From Squalus acanthias (taxonomy: Eukaryota): a DNA stretch of 64,000 nucleotides. Position 1 is the stretch's first letter, and each line of letters opens with the position of its first letter. Below are positions 35,901-47,628 of this stretch, one piece after another. The notes under the pieces were generated by a model. It ran no database searches and had not been told where the DNA came from. It worked only from the letters and a program-made list of their open reading frames with translations. The position numbers were made by a program, and so were the translations under genes. The DNA lies in assembly GCA_030390025.1 (NCBI GenBank), contig CM059438.1, positions 10,850,001-10,914,000 of the forward strand, in the 5' to 3' direction.

Positions 35901-38900
35901 AATTAATAGAAAAGAAACGTAGAATACTTTGAGCACAAGATGATTTTTCACTAAATACTTTCCTTGTCTGTGGAGTTAAACTCATAGCGCTGGGCATGAA
36001 TATATAGCCTTAACAAATCATACCTATTATGGATTTCAGAATGATCCAACGAATTCTCCTTTATTTTCAGGTTATAGCTATGCTTCTGCCTCACAAAGGG
36101 ATGAAACCAGCTATATTTTGGCAGGTAATGGTGGTTCCTGACTGGGCCTGTTTTGCTTGACACTATTCAGACTCCTAAATTAGTTTGAATAGCATGGCGT
36201 TTCTGTGAGAAGCCAGTAACTGGGGGATTTTTCCCACCTATTCGTATATGATCTGATCAAAAAGGTGATGGTCAGAAAGTCGGCAACGTGAGTTTTTTTT
36301 TAAAGTGAGAGTTAAAGGTGACAAGGAAATTAGACAGATCAAAACACAGCTAAATCAGTGGGAAAGTTGCAGGAAGTAGACATACATCAGTGATGAGAAG
36401 TTTGACCCTGGAAGCTCGTTCTTCTAGTAAATGTAACAATAGCGTACGTGTTAATGTGCATCAATAATTCAGCTACCCATGTAGTTTCTTGCATTTACCA
36501 CAGTTCATTTTTAAAAAGCATTGGATTACTGTTTTGGGTCACACTGAGGTTAAGTATTCAAAGCAAGATTGAACCTGATGTTATATCAACCTGAAGCACA
36601 GATAAGGTAATCTAACATTATAAGTGAAATGCATTCACTTATCACTTTTTTAAATTATTAAAGTTTTATAAATATATATGACAAGAATTACAGTAAAAGG
36701 ATTATAATTGTAAAGCAAAGAACAAAACTTTATAGGGAGTCATGAGTGAACTGTGGATTAACTATCTTTGCTGAATCAAATGCTACAAGAATGGACCTAC
36801 TAGAGGGGAAAACAACCTTCTCCCAAAGCAGGAGAACCCTAATTATTCACAAAAATTTGGTCCTAAAGATCCAGCAAACTGAGCAAGAAAATAAGTTCGA
36901 TCTTGCCCAAAATCAACCAACCAATCTATTGGCGTTCCCCCACGCCCCCCATTCCTTTTTAAATGCTGTCCATCTGTAATTGTTTTCAGTTCTGATGAAG
37001 GGTCCACACTTGAAACGTAAACTTGTTTGTTCTCTCCACAGATACTGTCTGATCGGCTGAGTGTTTTCCAGTATTTTCTGTCCCCCTCTCTCTCTCTCTC
37101 GTTCTGAATTCTTCATTTTACAGAACGTAGATTTAACCGATAAATAAAAATACTAAACCAAGACCGAACGTTTTTCCTGTTTCCTGCACTTTCCCACCAG
37201 GCTGCTGGTTCTAGGGCAGTTGTAATATGTATATGTAGCATCATTTCCGTTTTATAGTGTTTAGTAAAGCTGGCCATAAGAAAATATATTAATATTGTTT
37301 TTCGTCTGTAGTTTCTCTTTCAGTCGTACAGTGCAGGATACAACTTGGCAAACAGAAATAAAACCACATGCAAAGTAAGTGTGTCATTCCTTTCAACTTG
37401 GGTCATATCTGATTTTTTTTTTTTAATGTGTACAATGGCTCCAGAAGACACTCTACAATGACTATGAAATTGTCGGGTTGACGTAAAAACCCAGCTGGTT
37501 CACTAATGTCCTTCGGGGAAGGAAATCTGGCCTGTACATGACACCAGTCCCACACTAACATAGTTGACTCCTAACTGCCCTCTGAAATAGCCTAGCATGC
37601 CACTCGGTTGAATCAAACCTCGACAAAGAATTTTAAAAACCGGACGGACCACTCGGCTACGACCTAGGCATCGAATTCGGGCACATCGAAGGCACACCCA
37701 GCCCAGTCAACCCTGCAAAGTCCTCCTCGCTAACTTGTGCCAAAGTTGGGTGAACTGTTCCACAGACTAGGAAAAATAATTCCAAAATGTTTGGGAACTA
37801 AAGTAGAAGTTAGATGAGAGCAAATGGAGGAGGACAGCTAAGATCTAAATTTGCTAAAATGAATGTTCAAACCACAAAGCGCTTAGGAGAAACATGATAC
37901 TGATCCTGAACAAAATCTTGAAATCCAGATGAATCACACAGTCACCTACTCTAACTCATTCTTTCAGTCTGGGAAAGATTGTCTCTTCAGACCTCCCACA
38001 TTTTACATTCCTGACTATACAGAACTACAGACATTTGTTGAAAATAATTAAAATATTTTGGAAAAAGTGTCAATTATTTTATCTGCATATTGTGTTTGAA
38101 CCAAAGTAATACCTTTCAAAAATGCTATTTCTTTTTAGGATGAAAAGATTCCTCTGAAACAAGTTCTCCTCTTGGTTGGATCTGTGTCCTATACTACATG
38201 TTTGGGAGTATGTAATCGGAATAGTATGTGTTTTATGAAAAATTATCTGACGTGATTTAACAATTGTGACATGGAGTGCCTATATTGGGAAATGTGTTTT
38301 TGGTTGAAAAGAATAAGCTAGCTATCATCACTTACACTTTATTGTTTAACATTTTTTTCTTTCTGGACTACAATTAGTGCTAGAAGCCAATAGAACCATT
38401 TGTAAAATTCACATCGTGTGTGTCTTTGTGCTTGAAGAAATGCTCTTAGCACCAGACTGAGCTAATTACAGAATGCTCCTCCACTATCTACTTCCAACGA
38501 CTACTTTTTTGTTACTATAACATGTTCACTTTAACATACTTCAAATGATTTGGCAGTTGATATAAAGTGCTTTTAGAGAGATTGAAAACATTTAAATCCA
38601 GTGAAGGCATTTGACCAAGTGGAATGGATGTACCCACTCTATTCTCTTTGTGGCTTTAGTCTATGAACGCTGTGGTGGCAATCATTAATAGTCAAACGTC
38701 CTTCCCCCTTCCATTTTTATTCCTCTTGCCCAAACTCTTCCGCAGATGCTAACTTGTGCTGCAATTTGGTTCCACTGGTGTTGGCAGGCCTTCAGTACTC
38801 AACCAAATTGGCATTTTTCATTTGTAAGCCCAGCCAATGAGTGTTGACAGACTGTTCAACAATGGAGGGCATCACGGTCAAATCCAATCCTGTCCTCACC

Positions 38901-41900
38901 TGACATCCACTTCCTGCAGGGGTTGCTTGATGGAAAATAATAATTCAAAAATTGCTGTGGCTATTTACTTCAGCAGTCCGAAGTGAGTTTTGCACTATAC
39001 ACAAAACATTTGGGACGATTTATTTTCATGTTTTATTGGAAATGGTTAATTTTTTTTTTAACTTTTTTTAAAATTAGGTTTTCCCTCAGTTTGTGATGCA
39101 TCGCTATGGATCAAACAGTCCTGCAATGTACACTCTGTTCAGAAAGATTCTGCCAGTTCCTGTACTTGGTAAGTAGAAAATTGGTTGCAACAGTCAGACA
39201 GGGCACCAGGACCATTGTTCTTGGGAATCACACTGGCACACTATTGCAGTAAGAGGTTGAGATGAATGTACATTGTTGAAGGGGACCTTACCCTACACCT
39301 ACATCACGTCTACTTGATAATGACACTGGGGACAGAGTAGGAAGGTGTATGGGTGCAAATTTACTTCCTATTAAAAGAAATGGCACACTTTCTAACTTTA
39401 ATATAAGGGCCACATTAAGGCACAACATCAATAGTGTGAAGTGGCAATTTGTTCTGCAGACTATGTTAACATTTCAGGTTTAGGTTTTGTGTTTCTTTAC
39501 TGCTATAATTTTCAGTCAAGCTGTTTAGTATGACTCCACTGCACCACAAACCAAGCTGGGGAGCTTTCTCTACAGGGTCGGAGACAATTGGAGTGAAGAT
39601 TGCCTCTGGCTTTTGGCTGAAGAGTATTCGAGTGCTTGAAGAAGCAGCTAAATTGCCCGCTGTCTCACTCCAGGGATTGTGGGGAGAGATGTGAAGGGGT
39701 GGAGATTAATTTTTCTGTCCCTCTGCCTTTTAATCACTACTAGAAAGCATGAGAAAAAGTCAAGATGATTTTCCCATCAATTTTTCTGGGAAAGTGCCCA
39801 GGTTTGACTAGCTGTAATTTATTGGTGTCTATCATGCGTTAAGGGGATGATTTTAACCCTACTCGCTCAGCAGAAACCTGGCAGGTGGGCAGTTAAAATT
39901 GCCCTGGCTCTTACCTGTCCAAAAGCCGCCATGATCGCAAGATCTGCAACTTTAACCTGCTCTTCTGAGCAGGCAGCAAGGACAGGCGCCCCAAGCCAAC
40001 AGGGTCCTTCTTACATATGCATGTTGCAGCCCAGTGACATCATTGAGACTGGACTGTAATTTTAACTCTGGCTTGAGCGGGGAATCCACTTGGAGTTAAA
40101 ATCGGGGCCTAAAGAAGGATTCATAGTATGCGATAAGCTACAAATTACTTGATGCTTCTGGTTTTCATACTTGTTTAGGACCTGTTTTTATTTCACGGCT
40201 CTCTTTCCTAACAGCAATTGCAAGTGCTTTCAATGTGGCAGCAGTTAGAGGCTTTGAATTTGAAAAAGGAATTGAAGTTGCAGATAAAAATGGAAACGTG
40301 GTAGGAGTCTCTCAGATAGCTGGAACTAAGGTAAGGGTATGATAATGTAGTGGACTAACAGACCAAAGTTTGAGAGTTCATACCTCGGCACGGCATTTTG
40401 TAAAATTGAATTCAATTTGCAAACCAGCACCAGAGATAATGACTAAATGCGACCAAATTGATGTAAAAACCTAACTTGTTCACTGGAACCTGCACAGTCT
40501 GGCCTACACATGATTCTAGTCCATACTATGTGGTTGACTGCTAATGCCCTCCTGAAGTGGCCTAGCAAACTGCACCTTCTAAAGGCAACTAAGGATAGGC
40601 AGTAGACGCGGCCTTGCCAGCATCACCCACATCCCAAGAACAAAATAAAAAAAACACTTCAAATCATAAATTCTTAAGCTACTTAATCCCCTTCATTTAA
40701 AAAAAAATGAGTGCATCTTTTGTCACTGTAGTTGCACATAGGTGAAGCCAAAGATTTGGAAGTTACTTCTGTTATCTCAGTATGATCATTAGCCTGTTGC
40801 CTGTGATGATTTCTCCATTCATTTCCCCAATGCTAGGGTCCTCTTGAGTCTCCACACTCTTACATATTTGCTGTTATTATTGACGTATTGCTGGTTCTAT
40901 TTGAGGTTTATCTTCTTCAATGTAGTAATATGGAATGAAAGCCAAAAAGAACAAAGACTAATAAAAATAAAATATTAAGCATCCTCAGGGGCTCATTTGG
41001 AAAGTTACCCAATAAAGTGTTGACTCGCATAGAACAAGAAAGTTCCAGGTTGCATTCTCAACCTATGCTAAGTCAATACATCTATGTCTAGGCAGTAGTT
41101 AAGGTGCTAGTAGTGAGTAGATTAGACCTATATTCTCTAGAGTTTGGAAGAATGAAAGGTGATCTCATTGAAACATATAAAATTCTTAGAGGGCCTGACA
41201 GGGTAGATGCTGGGAGGATGTTTCCCCTGGCTGGGGAGTCCAGAACCAGGGGTCACAGTCTCAGAATAAGGGGTCGGCCATTTAGGACTGAAATGAAGAG
41301 AGATTTCTTCACTCAAAGGGTTGTGAATCTTTGGAATTCTCTACCCCAGAGGGCTGTGGATGCTCAGTCGTTGAGTATATTCAAGACAGAGATCGATAGA
41401 TTTTCGGATACTAAGGGAATCAAGGGATATGGTGATAGTGCCGGAAGGTGGAGATGAGGTAGAAGATTAACCATGATCTTGGTGAATGGTGGAGCAGGCT
41501 CGAAGGGCCGAATGGCCGACTCCTGCTTCTAATTCTTATGTGCTACAATTGATCTCGGCTCCCCTTGGGTAAGGAGAGAAATAAGCCAGAGTTACTGGGC
41601 CTGATTACTTTCTGGTAACCATTGCTAGAAAGGGCAATGGGCATCAGATGAGGACAGAATTGGACTCTGCTGTGGTGCTCTATGCAGCTGCCCACTCTGG
41701 AATTCCCTCAAAATCTGTCCACCTCCCTCTCTCTTTTAAGACTCTCCTTTAAAACCCACCCATTGACCAAGCCTTTTGTCACCCTCCTATTCTATCTTTG
41801 GCTTGGCATCCGTTTCCCTCATACCTCGGAGAAGTGCATTGAGTCATTTTTCTATGTAAATGTATGTTGTTGGAAAAAGGCTGTTAAAATTGTGGGAAAT

Positions 41901-44900
41901 CAGATACTCTTCCAGTAACAATGCTGTGTAACACTGTTCTGAGTCTGTGCCAATTAACCCTTTCACTGCTAAGTTCCAAAAATTTGACGACCCATATTGG
42001 TGACAGTAATTATATTTTATTCAGCGAAAGTGAGATTTGATACATTACAGCATCAGAGCAGTAGTTAAACAAGGTGCAATCAAGGTTTATATTACCCGTT
42101 GGGCCCTGGGTAGAAGACGTGATCTCACCAGGCCAGCCCCCGTCGGACCTGGCCTCTAGGCTCGCTCGTCCGCCCGGTGTGACACGTGTGGGTCCTCCGC
42201 CAACCCGAAACTCTCCTCGGCGCGTCTGGTGGATGTTCCCAAGCTTCTTGCCGAATTCCTCTGCAACCTAAGTGTTTGAGAGACCCCTTCTTGTACTACT
42301 TCCCAGCAAAGCCTATGCGGACCAGTTAACGCAATCATTGACTTACACCTGAACCCCCCCCCGCCCCCGCCGTCCAATTACAGTGATGCCACGTACCTAA
42401 TGATCCCCCCCAGGGTCAGGTCCTCATCTCATGACACCCTGACATCATCTGCTTTTGACCATCAAGACTCGTATCTGGGGTAGTTATGGCAATACAAATG
42501 GCAACACAAATGGAACATGTCTCCATAGGCAGAGATATGGTGGCCTTGCTGTTTGCCTATGTTTTTAATTCCCTGCGGATGTTATAACGTCTCTCACAGT
42601 GGCAGCCACACATGACCTTGCTTCCCAGGCTAGCTGTCTGCTGTTTGTGTGCCAGGAAGGCTGCTGGCTGTATCTTTGATTTTGCCAACCAAGGCCCAGT
42701 GCTTCGGTCTCTTCCATTTTAAAATCTAACCAAGTTTACCCAGGGCATATTACAACAGGGTTTGCAAGTAGATAATAAGTGCAGCAATAACATAATTAAA
42801 TCTTTAAGTTAAAATTAATAATAGAATCAATTGATTTTGTTCAGGTTAGTTAGTAGGGAGACTCTGAAATGAAGATTTCCCCCTTTCTTGCAACTGATAT
42901 CTGATAATTTTATTTTGGCTTCTGCTACTCATCATTGATGATACAGAATTGAATTCCAAATATATTTCATAATCTGAGGGAGGATGCAGTTCATCGGTTA
43001 ATAATTAATATTTGGTTCGTTAGTGGTGATTGACCTCTCGTCACCCTGAAGTACAGTAATCTGCAGATTTTGCTGTGTTTTGAATATGGCAAAGTGAAGT
43101 GAACTCGTGGGTCAAAACCAAAAGGCTTTAAAAGTTGCACCTTTGACTGTGAGATTAGCGGAAGAATTTTCAAAGTTTATTTTCTCCTCTCTAGGCAGTA
43201 AAAGAGACGGCACTTTCTAGAGCAGTATTAATTGGAACTACAGTAGCTGCACCCAACATGCTTGTCAGCTATTTACAAAGGTATGAAATATTTCTGAAAA
43301 ATTCTTGCTTTGCTTTTCAAACTCAGTACAAAAATTGCCCTGATATTGCGGTCAGCGGCGTAGCTACGGAGTACGCCGCTGACCTCCGAACAGAATGCGT
43401 ACTTACCTGCTGAGAACCTTCCTCGGAGAAGTTGCTGTCAGACGCTGTGGAGTTGAGCGGAGTGTAGTGACCCACAGATCCAAGGGGCGCACCATGTGCG
43501 TAAGCGTACCTGGGATCATGTGGGGCGGTGCTCCAATCAGCAAACAGAATTTCTCTCATTCAACCCCAGTTTCTTACTCACTCCAGTCTGGATTCACGTT
43601 GTTAGAATTGGAAATGAATTTTGGGGGAAATTATCAAAAGACCAGAAACAATCACACTACACTGCAGGCTGCTTAACTACTTTGTTCAGGCAGAGGTGTA
43701 CATTCAGATAATATTCAACTGAACTTTTGGGGGTTTGCTAATCCCTCAGGCAGGCAGGCTCAGTGTAAAGGGCAAACATATTTATAGCAATCCAAATCAG
43801 ATTGCAATGAATGCATTGCATATTGCTATATGGTGTACTAATGTAACACAAGTAGATCACTTTTTCATATATATTTAAACAAAAAAGCATCAGATGAAGA
43901 TTTTTTGTCATGATGGGTGTGTCCTTGTGCTGTGCAAACAGGCTCCTGCTCCTGTTTGCGCAGCCGTGACATTTTCATACATAATTGCTGGGCAGATAGC
44001 CCAACTCTGCACCAGCAATGAGGATACTACAGTCAAAGCAGATGATCTGTCAAGTCGGAACTTGATAGATCTCAAGTTCGGGATTTAGCGCAAGCGTATG
44101 CGGAAATCCCAGACTTGCTGTCCATTTCAAAGGCGGTATGACGGTGTATCCTGAGAGTACGTCGTCATACCAACCGCATGTTCTGCCCCGATGTCTCCAT
44201 ATTCTTCTCTAAACACTGTTCCTAACAGTGTGACAGTTAAAATTTAGAGAAATTGAAAACAAACTGTCAGTGCATTAACTTAGGGTCAATTTGATTTTAT
44301 TTTCCATATTTTGCCCTACCTTTAGCTCTCCTACACCATGCACAAGGAAACAGAGAAAAGACATGCCCCCAGGGCTCCTACCAATGTTTGGTGGCAGCCT
44401 GGGATGACTCGCCCTCTAATCTTCCACCCGTGCCTGCGAGGATATGCCTGGTCACTGTCCTGCATTCCCTATGAAGGTGTGATTGACATCAGGAACCACC
44501 CAGTAATTTTGATTGTAATCCATTCTTCAGTGTGTCAAGCTACTGGCTTGGCAGACACTCTGTGCCAGTAGATTAACGTACATAGGAGTAGGCCATTTAG
44601 CCCCTCGAGCCTGTTCTGCCATTCAATGAGATCATGGCTGATCTGTGACCTAACTCCATATACCTGCCTTTGCCCCATATCCCTTTGGTTAACAAAAATC
44701 TATCAATCTCAAATTTAAAATTAACAATTGATCTAGCATCAATTGCCATTTGCGGAAGAGAGTTCCAAACTTCTACCACCCTTTGTGTGTAGAAGTGTTT
44801 CCTAATTTCATTCCTGAATGGTCTGGCTCTAATTTTTAGACTATGCCCCCTAGTTTATCTAAAATAGTGTCCAAAAAAGTTTTAACCTCACTGGTTGTCT

Positions 44901-47628
44901 GCCTGATACAGGCTGTTAAAGTTCAACTGTAGTTAGTAGTAATGAGCTGTATGCTAAGAGTGCAACTAGGAAGCAGTGTGGGTTAGAACAGTATCTTTTA
45001 ACTCCTGAGACCTGCCTTTGAATCTAGTACAAGATGATGGGATACAACTCCTCTCCTAGGTGTTACTAACAGTCCGGAATGAAACTTAATCAGCAAATGT
45101 CAATTAAAAGATGTGAATGGGTGCAAACCCGCCCTATAATTCAGCACTAAATTTGCAGCCTCGGTGACGCTACCAGACGTCCTGGTGTGGCCAATAGGAA
45201 TGTCACAATGAATAGAGTAAGAATGTTCTTCCATGTTTGGGGTTACGGTATGATGTTGTGGCAGAGCCGAGAGAGCTTTTCTCTGCATTTTGGCGTGTTC
45301 CGTACCATTTGTGGGCAACACGGTGGCATAGTGGTTAGCACTGGTGTCTCACAGCGCCAGGGACCCGGGTTCGAATCTGACCTCGGGTGACTGTCTGTGT
45401 GGAGTTTGCACATTCTCCCCGTGTCTGCGAGGGTTTCCTCCGGGTGCTCCGGTTTCCTCCCACTGTCCAAAAATGTGCGGGTTAGGTTGATTTGGCTATG
45501 ATAAATTTGACCCTTAGTGTTAGGGGGGGATTAAATATGTGGGGATAGGATGGGATATGTTAGGGGAATTAAATACGTGGGGTTACGGGGGTAGGGTGGG
45601 ATATGTGTACTGTGGGGATTAAAGCAGGGACAGGGTACTGGATTTGGATGATCAGCCATGATCGTATTGAATGGTGGAGCAGGCTCGACGGGCTGAATGG
45701 CCTACTCCTGCTCCTAGATTCTATGTTTATAGGAGTGGCTGTTGCTGACATTGGATAAGAAAAATGGAAAGGAAGAGGCACATAGAAAGAGAAAAGGAGT
45801 ACTGGGTACATGGATTTTGGTGATAGGTTCACAGTGGATCCAGTGCTCCAGCTGTCCTAGATATCCGGTAAGATTGACTCGATTAAAGGATAGCTAAATG
45901 CTTAAATATACAAATAACAGTGCACCCAGTTGGGACAAGGTACATAAAAATGTCAATTTTGTGATTTGTTTTATATACAGTACATTTTTAGTACTGTTGA
46001 GTGTTCTGTGATTTTTTTTTTTTTTCTAGGACAAATTTCGTCAGACGAAATCCACTTGCTCTAGCCCCTATTAGACATATAATGACTGCCTTGGTACTAG
46101 GACTAATGGTACCCGTTTCCTTCAGCCTCTATCCTCAGACAGGCAAGGTATGTGATGAGTTTAACACTTGCAGTATATTCCACTCCTGACTCTGTTGTTA
46201 TGTATATTGCCAACAATTCCAGCTCTCACCAGTCTTTTGGAACTAATATTTTCACCTGATAGTTATGAACATTTTCAAACTGGGTTCCCTTGGGGGTCTG
46301 TGAGCTCATCAGATCCTTTTCCACTTGTCATTAGATCTGTGTTTTACTGAATCAGATGATTTACTAATTTTTTTTCTTGCTGTAATTTAAAACAAAAATT
46401 CTGCAACGATTGCACCCTTTCCTTTGGGTAGCTGGTGCTGGGTTTATCTAGTTCGGGCTTGTCCCCTGGACTGTGTCGGTATTTACAAAGCGTCCCTGGG
46501 AGATTTGCTGCTTGCAGCCTCTCTTTCTCCCCTGCCCCTGCCCACCCCTGAGAGTGTCAATATTTGCAGAATGCCCGACACAGGAAAGCTTGAAAACCAC
46601 TGCTTCAAAACCTTTAATGCCAGCAGGGGGGAGGTGAAGAGAAAATGTGCAACGCTCAACTTGCATAACAAGATATCCAACGTTTCTTAGTATTTAAGTG
46701 CAGGAGATGACCCTAGATAGTCTTTAGTTATAGGAACTCTATATGAGAAAGAATGATAACAAAACCTGCAATGGATAAAATTGAAAAATTTGTAAGTACT
46801 TTGTGTTGCTGGGCTTTTAATACATAATGTGATATAGGCAGGGCAGGAATACCCCACATTTTGAGTTGCCAGTGGGATGGGCAGTCAAGTGAGATGAGGC
46901 ATTTCCACTTGGGCTGAAAGGAGGTCGAGGAGGTCAGAAGAGAAAGAAGTCGGATCTGGCTCCTTTAACATGCCTCCTAATGGTCAGTTACAGAGCAGCA
47001 ATTGGTGTTGGGGCTGGGGGATGTGTGTTGCACAGGGGGATTTAACATGGATAATTCAGGGCATTTGAGTTTGAAGAGTGAAGTTTACAATTTAGAAATG
47101 GGTCCAATAGCTCAATATGTAACAGCCCTCTGTGCTATTGGATCAGGACCGTCTCCAGTTTGATCCCTTGTTTACGTTGAGTTTGTCGATGGCAATCAAT
47201 TCAGTGGTGGGGAAACAGCAACGGGTTTCAGTATCCCTCGAGGAAGAGGAATAAAGTGAGTCAGGTTTGCACTCCTCTCGTAAAGTGTGGATGTCACAGG
47301 TTTGGCTGATGCTCCCCTTCCCCCCACTCACAATTGCTGTGAGTATCTCCGCTCACTTATTCAGCATAGCCTCTTGAGTGAGGTAGCAGAGAGCTATCTG
47401 TGCCTGTGGAACTGCATCCAGTCATGAGTCAGGATAGCAGGGGGGAAGTAGGAATATGAAAGGTGGAAAAATTAGAAATGCACTCTCCCAAGGAAAATAG
47501 AGTTTATTTTTAAAATCTAAGCAGCAGAATAATTGTCAATTTTATTTCAGATAAACCGGAGCAATCTTGAACCTTTGATCCAGTCAGCCACAACAGAAGA
47601 TGACCTTTATTACAATAGAGGTTTGTGA
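26923..47628 (+). CDS. SFXN4: Sideroflexin-4, complete 14-exon gene model, 963 nt / 320 aa
   Basis: join(26923-26961,28564-28629,32961-33035,33191-33217,35135-35189,35636-35661,36071-36124,37312-37374,38139-38207,39078-39168,40215-40330,43195-43280,46030-46147,47551-47628). All introns GT-AG with compatible phases. Peptides match recalled human SFXN4 (RFLQW..LDPT, VHPD, GIxVxDKxGNV.G.S.IAGTKAV.ET..SR, GLMVP.SFS..PQ.G). Tail-to-tail with DENND10 as in human. Confidence 0.93.
26993..28152. repeat. ~230-bp inverted duplication (26993-27221 / 27912-28152) enclosing a CR1 3' end and an L2 3' fragment
   Basis: The same MARILFRIQSCSS.TLVLQWKEFKFCILIHKSLHDLA ORF occurs on opposite strands; the arms align with scattered mismatches. 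Confidence 0.9.
28564..28629 (+). CDS. SFXN4: SFXN4 exon 2 (SFFHRFLQWLDILDPTTLLASN)
   Basis: tgtag|...|gtaagc, 66 nt; human SFIRRFLQWTELLDPTNVFISV. Confidence 0.93.
28744..29367 (+). mobile_element. Young CR1 3' fragment with an uninterrupted RT C-terminus
   Basis: ORF 28802-29284 [14 protein letters not shown]...[10 protein letters not shown]. Confidence 0.93.
29805..30170 (-). mobile_element. L2 3' end plus Deu-SINE tail fragment
   Basis: ACTTG(C/T)AT(T/A)TATAT...AAAACGTCCCA tail motifs on the + strand. Confidence 0.7.
30888..31704. mobile_element. PIF/Harbinger-like MITE
   Basis: 12-bp TIR GGGCTCGATTTT/AAAATCGAGCCC, 3-bp TSD CAC on both sides, internal hairpins. Confidence 0.75.
31853..32090 (-). 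mobile_element. Deu-SINE, internally deleted
   Basis: Tail nearly identical to 7927-8070, joined to shortened core and head pieces. Confidence 0.75.
32961..33035 (+). CDS. SFXN4: SFXN4 exon 3 (KEIENAQTLLQSSPPSLKETVKDEK)
   Basis: aacag|...|gtgagg, 75 nt. Confidence 0.9.
33191..33217 (+). CDS. SFXN4: SFXN4 exon 4 (IKAALKLTL)
   Basis: tttcag|...|gtgagc, 27 nt; human IQEAWKRSL. Confidence 0.88.
34186..34842 (-). mobile_element. CR1 3' fragment, diverged
   Basis: [36 protein letters not shown]. Confidence 0.88.
35135..35189 (+). CDS. SFXN4: SFXN4 exon 5 (SSVHPDTGDVLPTVFRAS)
   Basis: ctcag|...|gtgagt, 55 nt; sideroflexin HPDTG motif. Confidence 0.93.
35636..35661 (+). CDS. SFXN4: SFXN4 exon 6 (AFTPFAVPL)
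   Basis: cccag|...|gtaagt, 26 nt, phase 1-0. Confidence 0.9.
36071..36124 (+). CDS. SFXN4: SFXN4 exon 7 (VIAMLLPHKGMKPAIFWQ)
   Basis: tttcag|...|gtaatg, 54 nt. Confidence 0.9.
36985..37085 (+). mobile_element. Penelope-type terminal fragment with degenerate hammerhead core
   Basis: CTGATGAAGGGTC...TGAAACGT...CTCTCCACAGAT, homologous to 53616-53716 on the minus strand. Confidence 0.65.
37312..37374 (+). CDS. SFXN4: SFXN4 exon 8 (FLFQSYSAGYNLANRNKTTCK)
   Basis: ctgtag|...|gtaagt, 63 nt; an alternative in-frame acceptor is possible at 37324. Confidence 0.88.
38139..38207 (+). CDS. SFXN4: SFXN4 exon 9 (DEKIPLKQVLLLVGSVSYTTCLG)
   Basis: ttttag|...|gtatgt, 69 nt. Confidence 0.9.
39078..39168 (+). 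CDS. SFXN4: SFXN4 exon 10 (VFPQFVMHRYGSNSPAMYTLFRKILPVPVL)
   Basis: attag|...|gtaagt, 91 nt; human VIPQFVQMKYG...LLPV. Confidence 0.92.
39843..40110. mobile_element. Short Harbinger-like MITE
   Basis: Imperfect TIR GGGGATGATTTTAAC...GTTAAAATCGGGGCC. Confidence 0.5.
40215..40330 (+). CDS. SFXN4: SFXN4 exon 11 (AIASAFNVAAVRGFEFEKGIEVADKNGNVVGVSQIAGTK)
   Basis: aacag|...|gtaagg, 116 nt. Confidence 0.94.
40340..40655 (+). mobile_element. SINE whose tail matches the LINE 3' end at 54990-55295
   Basis: tRNA-like head; tail GGCCTTGCCAGC...CACATCCCAAGAA. Related pieces near 37480-37620 and 58730-59030. Confidence 0.6.
41113..41540 (+). mobile_element. CR1 3' fragment inserted in a SINE, probable TSD GTGCTA
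   Basis: ORF 41104-41457; GTGCTA at 41104 and 41540; host SINE sequence continues on both sides. Confidence 0.88.
43195..43280 (+). CDS. SFXN4: SFXN4 exon 12 (AVKETALSRAVLIGTTVAAPNMLVSYLQR)
   Basis: ctctag|...|gtatga, 86 nt. Confidence 0.93.
43336..44189. mobile_element. Harbinger-like MITE (same family as 55983-57867)
   Basis: Shared ends: CGTAGCTA.GGAGTACGCCGC and AAGTTCGGGATTTAGCGCA...TTTCAAAGGC.GTATGACG. Confidence 0.6.
44581..44853 (-). mobile_element. CR1 3' end
   Basis: VEVWNSLPQ..I...SI..FK.EIDRFL and 3'UTR. Confidence 0.85.
45312..45726 (+). mobile_element. HE1-type V-SINE
   Basis: tRNA head, V domain TGTGGAGTTTGCACATTCTCCCCGTGTCTGCG.GGGTTTCCTCCGGGTGCTCCGGTTTCCTCCCAC, and CR1-derived tail. 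Confidence 0.9.
46030..46147 (+). CDS. SFXN4: SFXN4 exon 13 (TNFVRRNPLALAPIRHIMTALVLGLMVPVSFSLYPQTGK)
   Basis: tttctag|...|gtatgt, 118 nt. Confidence 0.94.
47551..47628 (+). CDS. SFXN4: SFXN4 exon 14, terminal (INRSNLEPLIQSATTEDDLYYNRGL*)
   Basis: tttcag| acceptor, TGA at 47626-47628. Candidate AATAAA at 48966. Confidence 0.93.
   Translation: MNRSNLEPLIQSATTEDDLYYNRGL

Noticed and set aside
41925-42600. Possible solo LTR (minus-strand AATAAA, GC-rich core, ends ...CTCACA)
   Set aside because: No matching TG...CA boundaries with a TSD could be found; left unassigned.
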